DNA of 63,913 nucleotides, filler included, from Octopus bimaculoides (Eukaryota): NCBI RefSeq assembly GCF_001194135.2. It is 5 parts of 4 records of this genome, joined end to end, with 100 filler letters (N's around TTAATTAATTAA, not from the genome) between each part and the next. Parts side by side here need not be neighbours in the genome. Positions count along the whole stretch, not along the records: positions 36,032 to 40,499 come from NC_068986.1; positions 40,600 to 47,213 come from NC_069004.1; positions 47,314 to 63,913 come from NC_068988.1; 2 more parts are not named here. One strand, 5' to 3'. Shown piece by piece: positions 39,076 to 49,295 of this stretch (position 1 is its first letter; each line of letters starts with the position of its first letter). The notes under the pieces were generated by a model. It saw only the letters and a program-made list of their open reading frames with translations, ran no database searches and was not told where the DNA came from. The position numbers and the translations under genes were made by a program.

Positions 39076-40396
39076 TACCTTTCTTTACTTTAACACTTCC
39101 CAGTGAATATTCGCAAAAAAATTTGCTGGTTTGTCATTGATAGGTTTCTTCTATATACCCCAATTACTTTGATGGTATCTGACAATCGGATATTGTGAAA
39201 GGCGGTGGTTACGAATTATAAGTAGGCAAATCACTCAACTTTCAATGTATATAATGTCATGCCAATGAAGGTAATGTTCTTTATTAATTATTTGTATTTA
39301 TATATTGAAAATAAAACCAAAAATCACATGAGTTAACTGATTTCTTCTTAATCGCAATTAGCACTTAAGGTATATTTATTTTAAGTATTTTCCATTGTTG
39401 AGTGTTAATAAAATTTCAAAAATCAACTCTGAGTTTATTAATCACTGGTCGGTCCTCGAAAATCTATTGTTTCACAGTTATAACAATGTTTCGAAATTAT
39501 ATAATGGAATGAATAGAATTTAAGATACATTTTTCTACCTCTGTTGTTTTATCGTTCACTTATGTGAAGATTTCACGATATAACAGACACATTTTAACCA
39601 AATTTTATATTAGTTGTTGATATAATTGCTATTTGCATTTAACCTCTAAAACTATACACGTGTGCTTTCAATATTTCCTTTTAACTAATATTTGCCGGAA
39701 TGTTTTCAATTAATGCCAGGAAATTTCAATGACATTCCTTGTCAATGTGAGACATTAAAGCTATGAAATTTCACTCTCAACTTATTTCAGTTGTGGGTAA
39801 TATTCTTGTATGATGTATTGTTCTCCGTTGGACATGAAGATTTATTGAAAAATATTGATTGATTAATACAAAAGGCATAAATACTTACTTTTACAACTCT
39901 GACACGTTTTTCTAGTTACTTGCATCTTCATATTGTTTCCTTATCGACTTTACTTCCGTTGTGCTGAACATCAAGTAAATAACATTGTGTAAACATATAT
40001 AAATAAACACAAACTGTCACAAAAATAGTTATAAATATATACTTGTATATAGAGATAATTGTATATGTTAATATATCTGTGTGTGTCTCTGTGTGTGTAG
40101 GCCAGTACGTATGTTTTCGTGTGTAAATACGTACGCCAGACCTTTTTGTATAGTGATTGTTAAAATGTGATTGTATGTGGAGCTAAGAGAGGTATGTGTA
40201 TATACATATTAAAAATACCGTGAATACAAATATAAACGTTATATGAATAGATGAATGTTTTAATTTGCGAGTAAAAACGTATATTCGGAGTTAATAAAAG
40301 AATGAATGTATACAAAAATATAAACACACACACACACACACACAAATTCACTAACAAGCTCACAGACACACTCAAAAACAAGTTAATCTAAGTATT

Positions 40397-40429
<33 letters not shown>

Positions 40430-40543
40430 GGAGGGAGAGACTGATACATAGGAACAGATATATGTATATTTATATATACATATACGTATATATGTATATN
40501 NNNNNNNNNNNNNNNNNNNNNNNNNNNNNNNNNNNNNNNNNNN

Positions 40544-40555
40544 TTAATTAATTAA
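40544..40555. other. Assembly linker TTAATTAATTAA
   Basis: Centred in a 100-bp N block. Confidence 0.9.
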
Positions 40556-41473
40556 NNNNNNNNNNNNNNNNNNNNNNNNNNNNNNNNNNNNNNNNNNNNA
40601 TACATATGTATAGTTCTATAATACTTTTAATAAAAATACTATAACGCTCTCTTTTAACCTTGTAATATCCTCGCCGCTCCAAACACCACGTTACATTTAT
40701 AATACACGATATAGTTATGATACTTTTATCAGTTTTATTTGAAGTGTTTGTCAAAGGAAGATATAATACCCACAAGGCGTGGTTACGGTATCACTTGGGA
40801 AATAACGGTTTATATAACCGTTAATGCAGCAGAACGTAGATTGATTGTACAGAAGTAAGTATCTGATTTTTGTCCCTACACGGTATGTCATGACATTTGC
40901 AACAGCGCTGTGTTGTTGAAGACTCTCCGTTTGTATAATGCCTAGGAATTCTTTTATACTTGGTCTTTCACATTCTCTCGTACTGAATATCTCTTTGACA
41001 AAGAGTTTTATAGGCTATTAGCAACAACAACAACAAATAAGAAAACAAAACAAAAGAAACAGCTACAACAACAACAGCCACAACAACAACAACGACGTCG
41101 GTGGCGATGAGGAGACAATAACAACAATAGTAATAGAAGCATAAACAACAAGAGGAACAAGAAGAAGGACGAAGACAACAACAACGAATGACAATGTGCA
41201 AGAAAGACAATATAGCAAAAAGGTTTCAAACGAAAACTCACAGGACACACAGTAAAGCTCATATATATATATATATATACATATATATATGTGTGTGTGT
41301 GTGTGTGTATATACATATATGCGTGTGTGTGTGTGTATGTATATATGTATATATATATATGCATATATATATATAAATGTATATATATATATACATATGT
41401 ATACATATTTACATATATACATGTAAATACATATATGTAAATACATATATATATATATGTATATATATATAAG

Positions 41474-41541
<68 letters not shown>

Positions 41542-42069
41542 CATACACACACACACACATATATATATACATGTGTATACATATTTACATATATACACGT
41601 ATATACGTATATATATGTATATATACATGTATATATATGCTTATGTATATTTGAGTATGTGTGTGTATGTGTGTGTGTGTTTATTCCATTTTTGTATTCT
41701 TTTTGTAAGTTTCTTGACGTGAAATCATGTGCTGAAACAGATGGTGTATGTTGATAGAGTCATTTTTGCCGGTAAAAAAAAAAACACACGCATTGTTTCT
41801 AGTTCACTTTATCTTAATTATCATTCAAATTGTTACCGAATTAGCAAATCACCTAATTGATTCCTCCCTTAATCGTTCGAAAAGTAAAACAATCAGTTAG
41901 TTTCCCAGAGTTCCTTCGTCACAATTCGGGACTTTATCAATGAGATGCTCTTGTTTATTCTAGAGCTGGACTGACTTGATGTCTTGATGAATCGATATTA
42001 TTTAACAAGTAATCGGTTAATGAATTAGTTAATTAATTAGCTGATAATTCTTTATACAATATGCACAAG

Positions 42070-42310
42070 TATTTACGTTTGACAGATATTTGTCCTCACC
42101 TTGTTTGTTGTTAACACAACGTTTCGGCTGATATACCCTCCCGCCTTCATCAGGTGTTTTGGGGAAATTTCGAACCTGGGTTCTCGTTCCCAAGAAATTT
42201 CCCCAAGACACCTGATGAAGGTGGGAGGGTATATCAGCCGAAACGTTGTGTTAACAACAAAGATGAGGACAAATATCCGTCAAATGTAAATACTGTAAAT
42301 AATGTACATA
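42070..42310. mobile_element. Fold-back PLE-type terminal element with two head-to-head hammerheads
   Basis: HHR motifs at 42114-42157 (-) and 42208-42251 (+), both CUGAUGA...GAAACGUU; same family as 6108-6366. Confidence 0.8.
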
Positions 42311-42339
42311 ATTCCCCATCTCTTAAATATAGAACAATA

Positions 42340-42545
42340 TGCACAAGGCCTGAAATTTTGGGATGAGGGTTAGTCGATCACTTCGATCCCAGTACTGTTA
42401 CTTAACTGTTACTTATTTTATCGATCCTGAAAGGATGGCAGGTAAAGTCGATCTCGGTGAAATTTGAACTAGGAATATAAAGTCGGACGAAATGCTGCTA
42501 AGTATTTCGTTCGGCATGCTAACGATTCTGCCATCTGGTCGCCTT
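42340..42545 (-). mobile_element. SINE family A
   Basis: Full-length reverse match. Confidence 0.8.
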
Positions 42546-42589
42546 AACTAATTGACAAATAACACTGTGTAACAACATTTCTATTCTTA

Positions 42590-43055
42590 TCCTTTTGTCT
42601 TTGGCCAGAAAGTGTTTATTCCTGTTTGCTTCTATCTAGAAATCAAAGGAAATGACTACCATCCCCTTCAAACTTTACTTTTGTCATTTAGACATAAATG
42701 TTTTGAAACTAAAACATTTTCCATTACATTTCAGACAGATTCAGCGCTGAGTTGCTGAAGCAGAAATATCGTTATAGCAAATATTCTGCTCAAAATCACA
42801 GATTTGCCTGTCAGTTATTTGACCTTAACCACTTGAGTATGTCCTTTAGTGGCTGACAATAAGTGCATCTCTGATCATGAGCAGGAGTAATGGGGGAGCA
42901 TCATAGATATATATTGAGAGGGTTCCTTTGGGCTTTGAATAGATATAACACAAAGTTTGAAGGAAATATTAGCAATTTTTTATAATTTCTAAGGGTAAGC
43001 AAATACGAAATTACAGTTTCTACCCAAGGACAAAAATCGTGTAATAAAAATGAAA
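42590..43055. repeat. Unclassified ~480-bp interspersed repeat (copy 2)
   Basis: Reverse complement of 28500-28985. Confidence 0.8.
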
Positions 43056-43480
43056 TAGGAAAAGACTCTGCTCTCAGCTTCTGATAAGATGAGCCTGTCC
43101 GACGTGGCCAACGAAACTATTATTAAAAAATATATATGCAACTCCGACAAAATGCGTTGACTACCACTTTATTTTGTTTGCTCTCTCATTCTGTGGTTAA
43201 TGAGTGAAAATACGAACTCGAATACAACTGTCCGTAATGTAGTTCCTCTGGAAGATTTCAGGAGTAACGTCGCTCGAAAGGGTGCGTAGCTCGGAGATCA
43301 GGAAGACTTTCCAGGTGAAGCGACTACTTCTCAGCTTTGTGAGGTCACAACTCTGATACTTNNNNNNNNNNNNNNNNNNNNNNNNNNNNNNNNNNNNNNN
43401 NNNNNNNNNNNNNNNNNNNNNNNNNNNNNNNNNNNNNNNNNNNNNNNNNNNNNNNNNNNNNNNNNNNNNNNNNNNNNNNN

Positions 43481-43509
<29 letters not shown>

Positions 43510-43514
<5 letters not shown>

Positions 43515-43764
43515 CACCGGAGTAAGCACGTAAATGTGAAACAAGGTGGAAAAAAGAGTACTCAAATACCAGAGGTAGAGTAATATGATTTATTGAAAAG
43601 CAGCAGAAATATCACAAAAACTGTTACTCAGAGTTTCACGTTCCCGTTTATCAGACAGTTTAGTAAGAATGGAACAGAAATGACGATTTCGTCATTTCTG
43701 TTCCATTCAAACAAAAGTGTCCGACAAACGGGAATGTGAAACTATCTGTTGCTTTTCAATAAAG

Positions 43765-43765
<1 letters not shown>
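43510..43765. mobile_element. Fold-back element with hammerhead motif (-, 43618-43661) and degenerate inverted copy (+, 43718-43764)
   Basis: AAACUGU-CUGAUAA-ACG(GGAA)CGU-GAAA-CUCUGAG-UA-ACAGUUU; central perfect 20-bp inverted repeat 43667-43708. Confidence 0.65.
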
Positions 43766-43798
<33 letters not shown>

Positions 43799-44744
43799 AG
43801 AAAGTTGGTATGTGTAAGCACGTGGTTGGATGTATAAAAGATAATNNNNNNNNNNNNNNNNNNNNNNNNNNNNNNNNNNNNNNNNNNNNNNNNNNNNNNN
43901 NNNNNNNNNNNNNNNNNNNNNNNNNNNNNNNNNNNNNNNNNNNNNNNNNNNNNNNNNNNNNNNNNNNNNNNNNNNNNNNNNNNNNNNNNNNNNNNNNNNN
44001 NNNNNNNNNNNNNNNNNNNNNNNNNNNNNNNNNNNNNNNNNNNNNNNNNNNNNNNNNNNNNNNNNNNNNNNNNNNNNNNNNNNNNNNNNNNNNNNNNNNN
44101 NNNNNNNNNNNNNNNNNNNNNNNNNNNNNNNNNNNNNNNNNNNNNNNNNNNNNNNNNNNNNNNNNNNNNNNNNNNNNNNNNNNNNNNNNNNNNNNNNNNN
44201 NNNNNNNNNNNNNNNNNNNNNNNNNNNNNNNNNNNNNNNNNNNNNNNNNNNNNNNNNNNNNNNNNNNNNNNNNNNNNNNNNNNNNNNNNNNNNNNNNNNN
44301 NNNNNNNNNNNNNNNNNNNNNNNNNNNNNNNNNNNNNNNNNNNNNNNNNNNNNNNNNNNNNNNNNNNNNNNNNNNNNNNNNNNNNNNNNNNNNNNNNNNN
44401 NNNNNNNNNNNNNNNNNNNNNNNNNNNNNNNNNNNNNNNNNNNNNNNNNNNNNNNNNNNNNNNNNNNNNNNNNNNNNNNNNNNNNNNNNNNNNNNNNNNN
44501 NNNNNNNNNNNNNNNNNNNNNNNNNNNNNNAGAGAGAGAGAGATAGAGAGAGAGTGAAGGAGAAAGAGGTGGGGAGAAAAAGTTGGTAGAACAAATAACA
44601 TCTGAATCTATATACATTCGCGTCCAAAATGGAGACGTGTACCAACTTTTCGACGTGGCTGGCTTGATAATAGTAGAGAGAGTTCTCTTAGCATGAAACG
44701 TTTGGTAGCTTTGTTAACCCTCAAATAAAGAATATTTATGCGCC

Positions 44745-45016
44745 AATGTGGTGCGGCGTTGAAGACTTACATCTCTTCCCCAAGATGAAAATGTAACTCA
44801 AAGGTCACCATTTTAACACTGTTGTCGAGAACAAAAGGGAATCGCAGAAAGTCATCGATTCGCTTAAGGAAAACGACTTCCAGGCCAGATTCCAAGGGTG
44901 GCTGGCACGCTAGGACTGATGTATTGCTGCGCAAGGTGACTATGTTAAAACATAGATAAATAAGTTACTTCTTATTACATATAACTAGTCCGGGCACTTT
45001 CTGATGCCACCTCGTA
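44745..45016 (+). mobile_element. Mariner transposase C-terminus and right TIR
   Basis: DLHLFPKMKM*LKGHHF..FQGWLAR*D*CIAAQGDYV, ending GTCCGGGCACTTTCTGATGCCACCTCG-TA. Confidence 0.8.
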
Positions 45017-45077
45017 CTTACTCATACTTATATATCGAGATGTTCATTAATACACATATACCGACACAGTCATAATT

Positions 45078-45506
45078 ATTTTCTACTCTAGGCACAAGGC
45101 CCGAAATTTTGGGGAGAGGGCCAATCGATTAGATCGACCCCAGCACACAACTGGTTCTTAATTTATCTACCCCGAAAGGATAAAAGGCAAAGTCGACCTC
45201 GGCAGAATTTGAACTCAGAACGTAAACACAGACGAAATACAGCTAAGCATTTCGCCTGGCGTGCTAACGTTTCTTATTTCTTTACTGCCCACAAGGGATA
45301 TACACAGAGGGGACAAACAAGAACAGATTAACGTATTAAGTCGATTATATCGACCCCAGTGCGTAACTGGTACTTATTTAATCGACCCCGAAAAGATGGA
45401 AGGCAAAGTCGACCTCGGCGGAAATTGAACTCAGAACGTAAAGACAGACAAAATACCACAAAGCATTTCGCCCGGCGTGCTAACGCTTCTGCTAGCTCGC
45501 CGCCTT
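45078..45506 (-). mobile_element. Dimeric SINE family A
   Basis: Two units with the same internal junction as 11211-11630; 18-bp TSD ACCGACACA(G/C)TCATAATT (45060-45077 / 45507-45524). Confidence 0.9.
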
Positions 45507-46530
45507 ACCGACACACTCATAATTGTTTACGCATACATATATGTAATAAGGCGGTGCTCCAGCATGGCTGAAGTCTAATGACTGAAACAAGTAAAAAGAT
45601 AAAAAAAAATAAGGATATGCTAATATACCCACATGCTCATTCGTACCCGCATTCATACTCGCATAGATCCACACGGGTACTTACGGATAACCCTTCTCAT
45701 CCTTTTCCCTCATACACCCCCTATTAAACTCAACCTATATAATCTGCATCCTCCCCACCCTTATCCTACATATTCACATGACATACACTATGAATTTTCA
45801 AATGGTATTTACATACAAATAACAGTCGGACACATACACATTGCCTCATGCGCATACAAAAGCACACATACAGTCTCTCATATATATCCACATATACATA
45901 TTTATTCAAACATGTCTAAGCATATTTTTATTATCTAAGTAGACGCGTCTTTAAAAATGGGGGTTTACACACAGGCATACACATACTTATGCATGGAAAT
46001 ATACATATCTAAAACACTTGTATTCGTGGTTATCACACACATGTCACACATATACATACACATGTAGGCATTCACTTATGTATGCACACTTATGAATAAA
46101 CAAACATGCGTTCACATTTAACACACACACACACATGAATACACGTAAATACATTCACACACATATGTCGCTTACATATATTCAGGTTCTTATAAATTCA
46201 TAAATAAATACTATTATTATAATAGCCACATCTCCCCCCCTCTCTCTCTTTCTCTCTCTCACTCTCTCTCTTACACACACAGAAAAATCATATACGTGTA
46301 TTCATATACACAGAAACAAACTCACAGTACATGCGCACGTACAAACACACATCTTCACATTTACATGCATATATATTATTACTCAGGGAAAAAAATAAAT
46401 ATCTCCTAACAAAAGAAAACGATTTGAGAGGACAATAAATTCACCGCGAAGATTTGTCTGTCTATAGATGTTCAAGACAGGTGTTTCAGTAAGTATTTTC
46501 AAGAACTATTCAACACTCTTCGACAGCGTT

Positions 46531-46538
46531 TATATAAA
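46531..46538 (+). promoter_or_regulatory. Candidate TATA box
   Basis: TATATAAAGG ~100 bp upstream of the signal-peptide ATG. Confidence 0.45.
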
Positions 46539-46633
46539 GGCAATTTATAAGACGCGATTCGTTTTCTGAAATATTTAATCGCTTAAAGATTTCTGGGACC
46601 GTGTTGTGTAATACACTGGCCCTAAAAAATAAG

Positions 46634-46688
46634 ATGACTATCGGCGCAGCATTTACGGTCACGATTCTTCTCGTGATAATGGCAGAAG
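46634..46688 (+). CDS. Exon 1 of small secreted protein (signal peptide)
   Basis: aagATG; MTIGAAFTVTILLVIMAE hydrophobic leader; phase-1 donor AAG|GTACGT. Confidence 0.65.
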
Positions 46689-47086
46689 GTACGTATGTCT
46701 GTAACTACATATAGTATGTGTATGTTTTTATATGAGTTTATTTGTTTTAATGTATGCGTGTAAGTTAGTGCATATGTGTGTTTGATTGTGTGTATGTGTG
46801 TGAATATTTATTTTGAGTTTAAAAACTAATTACATGTTAACTATGCAGTTAGACATCCTCATAAGGAGAAAAGCTATGGAGGTCGGGGAATATTCAAATA
46901 ATATATATAGATATACGCACACACTTATGTGTATATATATATACATATATATACATATATATATACATACATACACATACACACACACATATATATGCAT
47001 ATAAACATCTATCTATCAATCTATTCAGTCAAATACGTAAATTATTTGAATGACAAGGGAACAGGAATTACATAATTACCTTACAG

Positions 47087-47119
47087 CTGTTTCTGCTGTG
47101 GGAAATTGTGCTTTCGGAG
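47087..47119 (+). CDS. Exon 2 (33-nt micro-exon) of small secreted protein
   Basis: CCTTACAG acceptor, GAG|GTAAGT donor, phase 1-1, reads AVSAVGNCAFG and completes an A-x-A-like cleavage site. Confidence 0.65.
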
Positions 47120-47257
47120 GTAAGTGCTTGTGCATAATCATATTGCAATAAATGAGTGTGTGTGTGTGTGTGTGTGCGTGTGTGTGTGTGTGTGATATAT
47201 ATATACATATATANNNNNNNNNNNNNNNNNNNNNNNNNNNNNNNNNNNNNNNNNNNN

Positions 47258-47269
47258 TTAATTAATTAA
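47258..47269. other. Assembly linker TTAATTAATTAA
   Basis: Centred in a 100-bp N block between exon 2 and candidate exon 3. Confidence 0.9.
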
Positions 47270-47313
47270 NNNNNNNNNNNNNNNNNNNNNNNNNNNNNNN
47301 NNNNNNNNNNNNN

Positions 47314-47499
47314 CTTACAAATATATATAACATACAGAAAATTGCACTACTGGGCACTGCACACATCATACGCAAAACACTTTCAATACAGTAACCGTAA
47401 GAGCATCACAGCAAACCACAGCACATACCCAAGGCACACAGAGCTGCGCTCGGTAGTGAAGTGAAAGCACGTTATAAAAATAAAGCTACTGAATAATAA

Positions 47500-47549
<50 letters not shown>

Positions 47550-47600
47550 CTACTGAATAATAATAATAATAATAATGATAATAATAGTAATAATAATAAT
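47314..47600 (+). mobile_element. Dong/R4-type 3' end in (TAA)n
   Basis: NIQKIALLGTAHIIRKTLSIQ* typical RLE-LINE C-terminus, 3'UTR then (AAT)n tail. Confidence 0.75.
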
Positions 47601-47912
47601 AGACTGTCAGTTACGGAAATCGCTACATTTTAACCGAAACTGATCCAATAAATATCAACTCATCGTAGCAGAGAATATTCAATTCCTATTAAAAATGTTC
47701 ATACCATTGAATAAGATGCTCTATTAAATCTGAATGCATCAAGAAGAAAATCTCGTCAGTTTGATATTATTCCAACGACATTTGGGCTAAATTCCTAGAT
47801 TTATGTTCACTACTGAGAACAAATTCTTGATCATTACTTCTTCATATTCACTGTCCCATATAATGTTAAATTTTCTCTTAAAACTTTAATTCTTCTCCTA
47901 TTTTCATATCAG

Positions 47913-48028
47913 CTAAATGCAAAGAGAACATTATAGATAGGCTTGACGTTATAGACAAAGTAATTTATAGACATACAGGAATATGTATTAACCATAAAGA
48001 ATTGAATAGAAGACACGATAACTGCTAA
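47913..48028 (+). CDS. Candidate exon 3 of small secreted protein
   Basis: Strong acceptor TTCTTCTCCTATTTTCATATCAG; phase-1 frame AKCKENIIDRLDVIDKVIYRHTGICINHKELNRRHDNC*; possible internal donor AAA|GTAATT. Confidence 0.45.
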
Positions 48029-48620
48029 ATATATAAACACACAAGTGGAATACACTTAACACACAATTATTATTATTAGATCGGNNNNNNNNNNNNNNNN
48101 NNNNNNNNNNNNNNNNNNNNNNNNNNNNNNNNNNNNNNNNNNNNNNNNNNNNNNNNNNNNNNNNNNNNNNNNNNNNNNNNNNNNNNNNNNNNNNNNNNNN
48201 NNNNNNNNNNNNNNNNNNNNNNNNNNNNNNNNNNNNNNNNNNNNNNNNNNNNNNNNNNNNNNNNNNNNNNNNNNNNNNNNNNNNNNNNNNNNNNNNNNNN
48301 NNNNNNNNNNNNNNNNNNNNNNNNNNNNNNNNNNNNNNNNNNNNNNNNNNNNNNNNNNNNNNNNNNNNNNNNNNNNNNNNNNNNNNNNNNNNNNNNNNNN
48401 NNNNNNNNNNNNNNNNNNNNNNNNNNNNNNNNNNNNNNNNNNNNNNNNNNNNNNNNNNNNNNNNNNNNNNNNNNNNNNNNNNNNNNNNNNNNNNNNNNNN
48501 NNNNNNNNNNNNNNNNNNNNNNNNNNNNNNNNNNNNAATAATAAGAAACTAATATTGTCATCAAAGGAAAAACTAAGCTAAGAGCATTAGATTTCTTTGA
48601 AGAAAGCAGCGAATGCATAC

Positions 48621-48680
<60 letters not shown>

Positions 48681-48682
48681 TA

Positions 48683-49295
48683 AATCTGAGCGAGATGTAA
48701 ACAGTAGCAACACGGAATCGTAACACATAATTGCCAACCAAGTGTGGCGTCTCGTACGGGGTAGTGCTATTGGCGTTTATAGTCCCAGGAAGATATCTCG
48801 TCCAGCTAGCTAGCGACACACATTCTGTGTCCGATTAGTATTTGTGAGGCGAAGTCATCGCCCCCATCCCTAGCCTTACGTGATACATACGGACTCGAAC
48901 TTCTTGATGGTTAGTCGTCGTCAGCGTGTATTAATCATCAGCTAGTGATGAAAACTCACCCCACTCGCAAAATACTATATGCTTTTCCAGTGACGAACCG
49001 TTGCTGATCACGAAATAGGAGAAATAAGCTATATTAACTCTCTGAGTAAGATGTAAACAGTAGCAACATGAAATCGTAACGTATAATTGCCAAACAAGTG
49101 CTACTGGCGTTTATAGCCCCAGGAAGACATGTCAGATCACTAGCTCGTGATTAACACACGCACGCTGAAGATGGGTAACCATCCAGAAAATCGAGTCCGT
49201 GTGTATCATGTAAAGTTAGGTATGGGAACGGTGACCTTCCTTCACAAATACTAATCGGACACAGAAAGTGTGTCGTCAGCCAGCTGGAAGAGATA
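48683..49295. mobile_element. Direct-plus-inverted repeat element with paired hammerhead motifs
   Basis: A (48683-48795) repeated at 49040-49130; B (48790-48950) inverted at 49135-49295; HHR on + at 49161-49201, degenerate on - at 48888-48928. Confidence 0.65.

Noticed and set aside
43197-43361. GC-rich 54-codon minus frame next to a gap
   Set aside because: Truncated by N, no recognisable motif; exon or TE undecidable.
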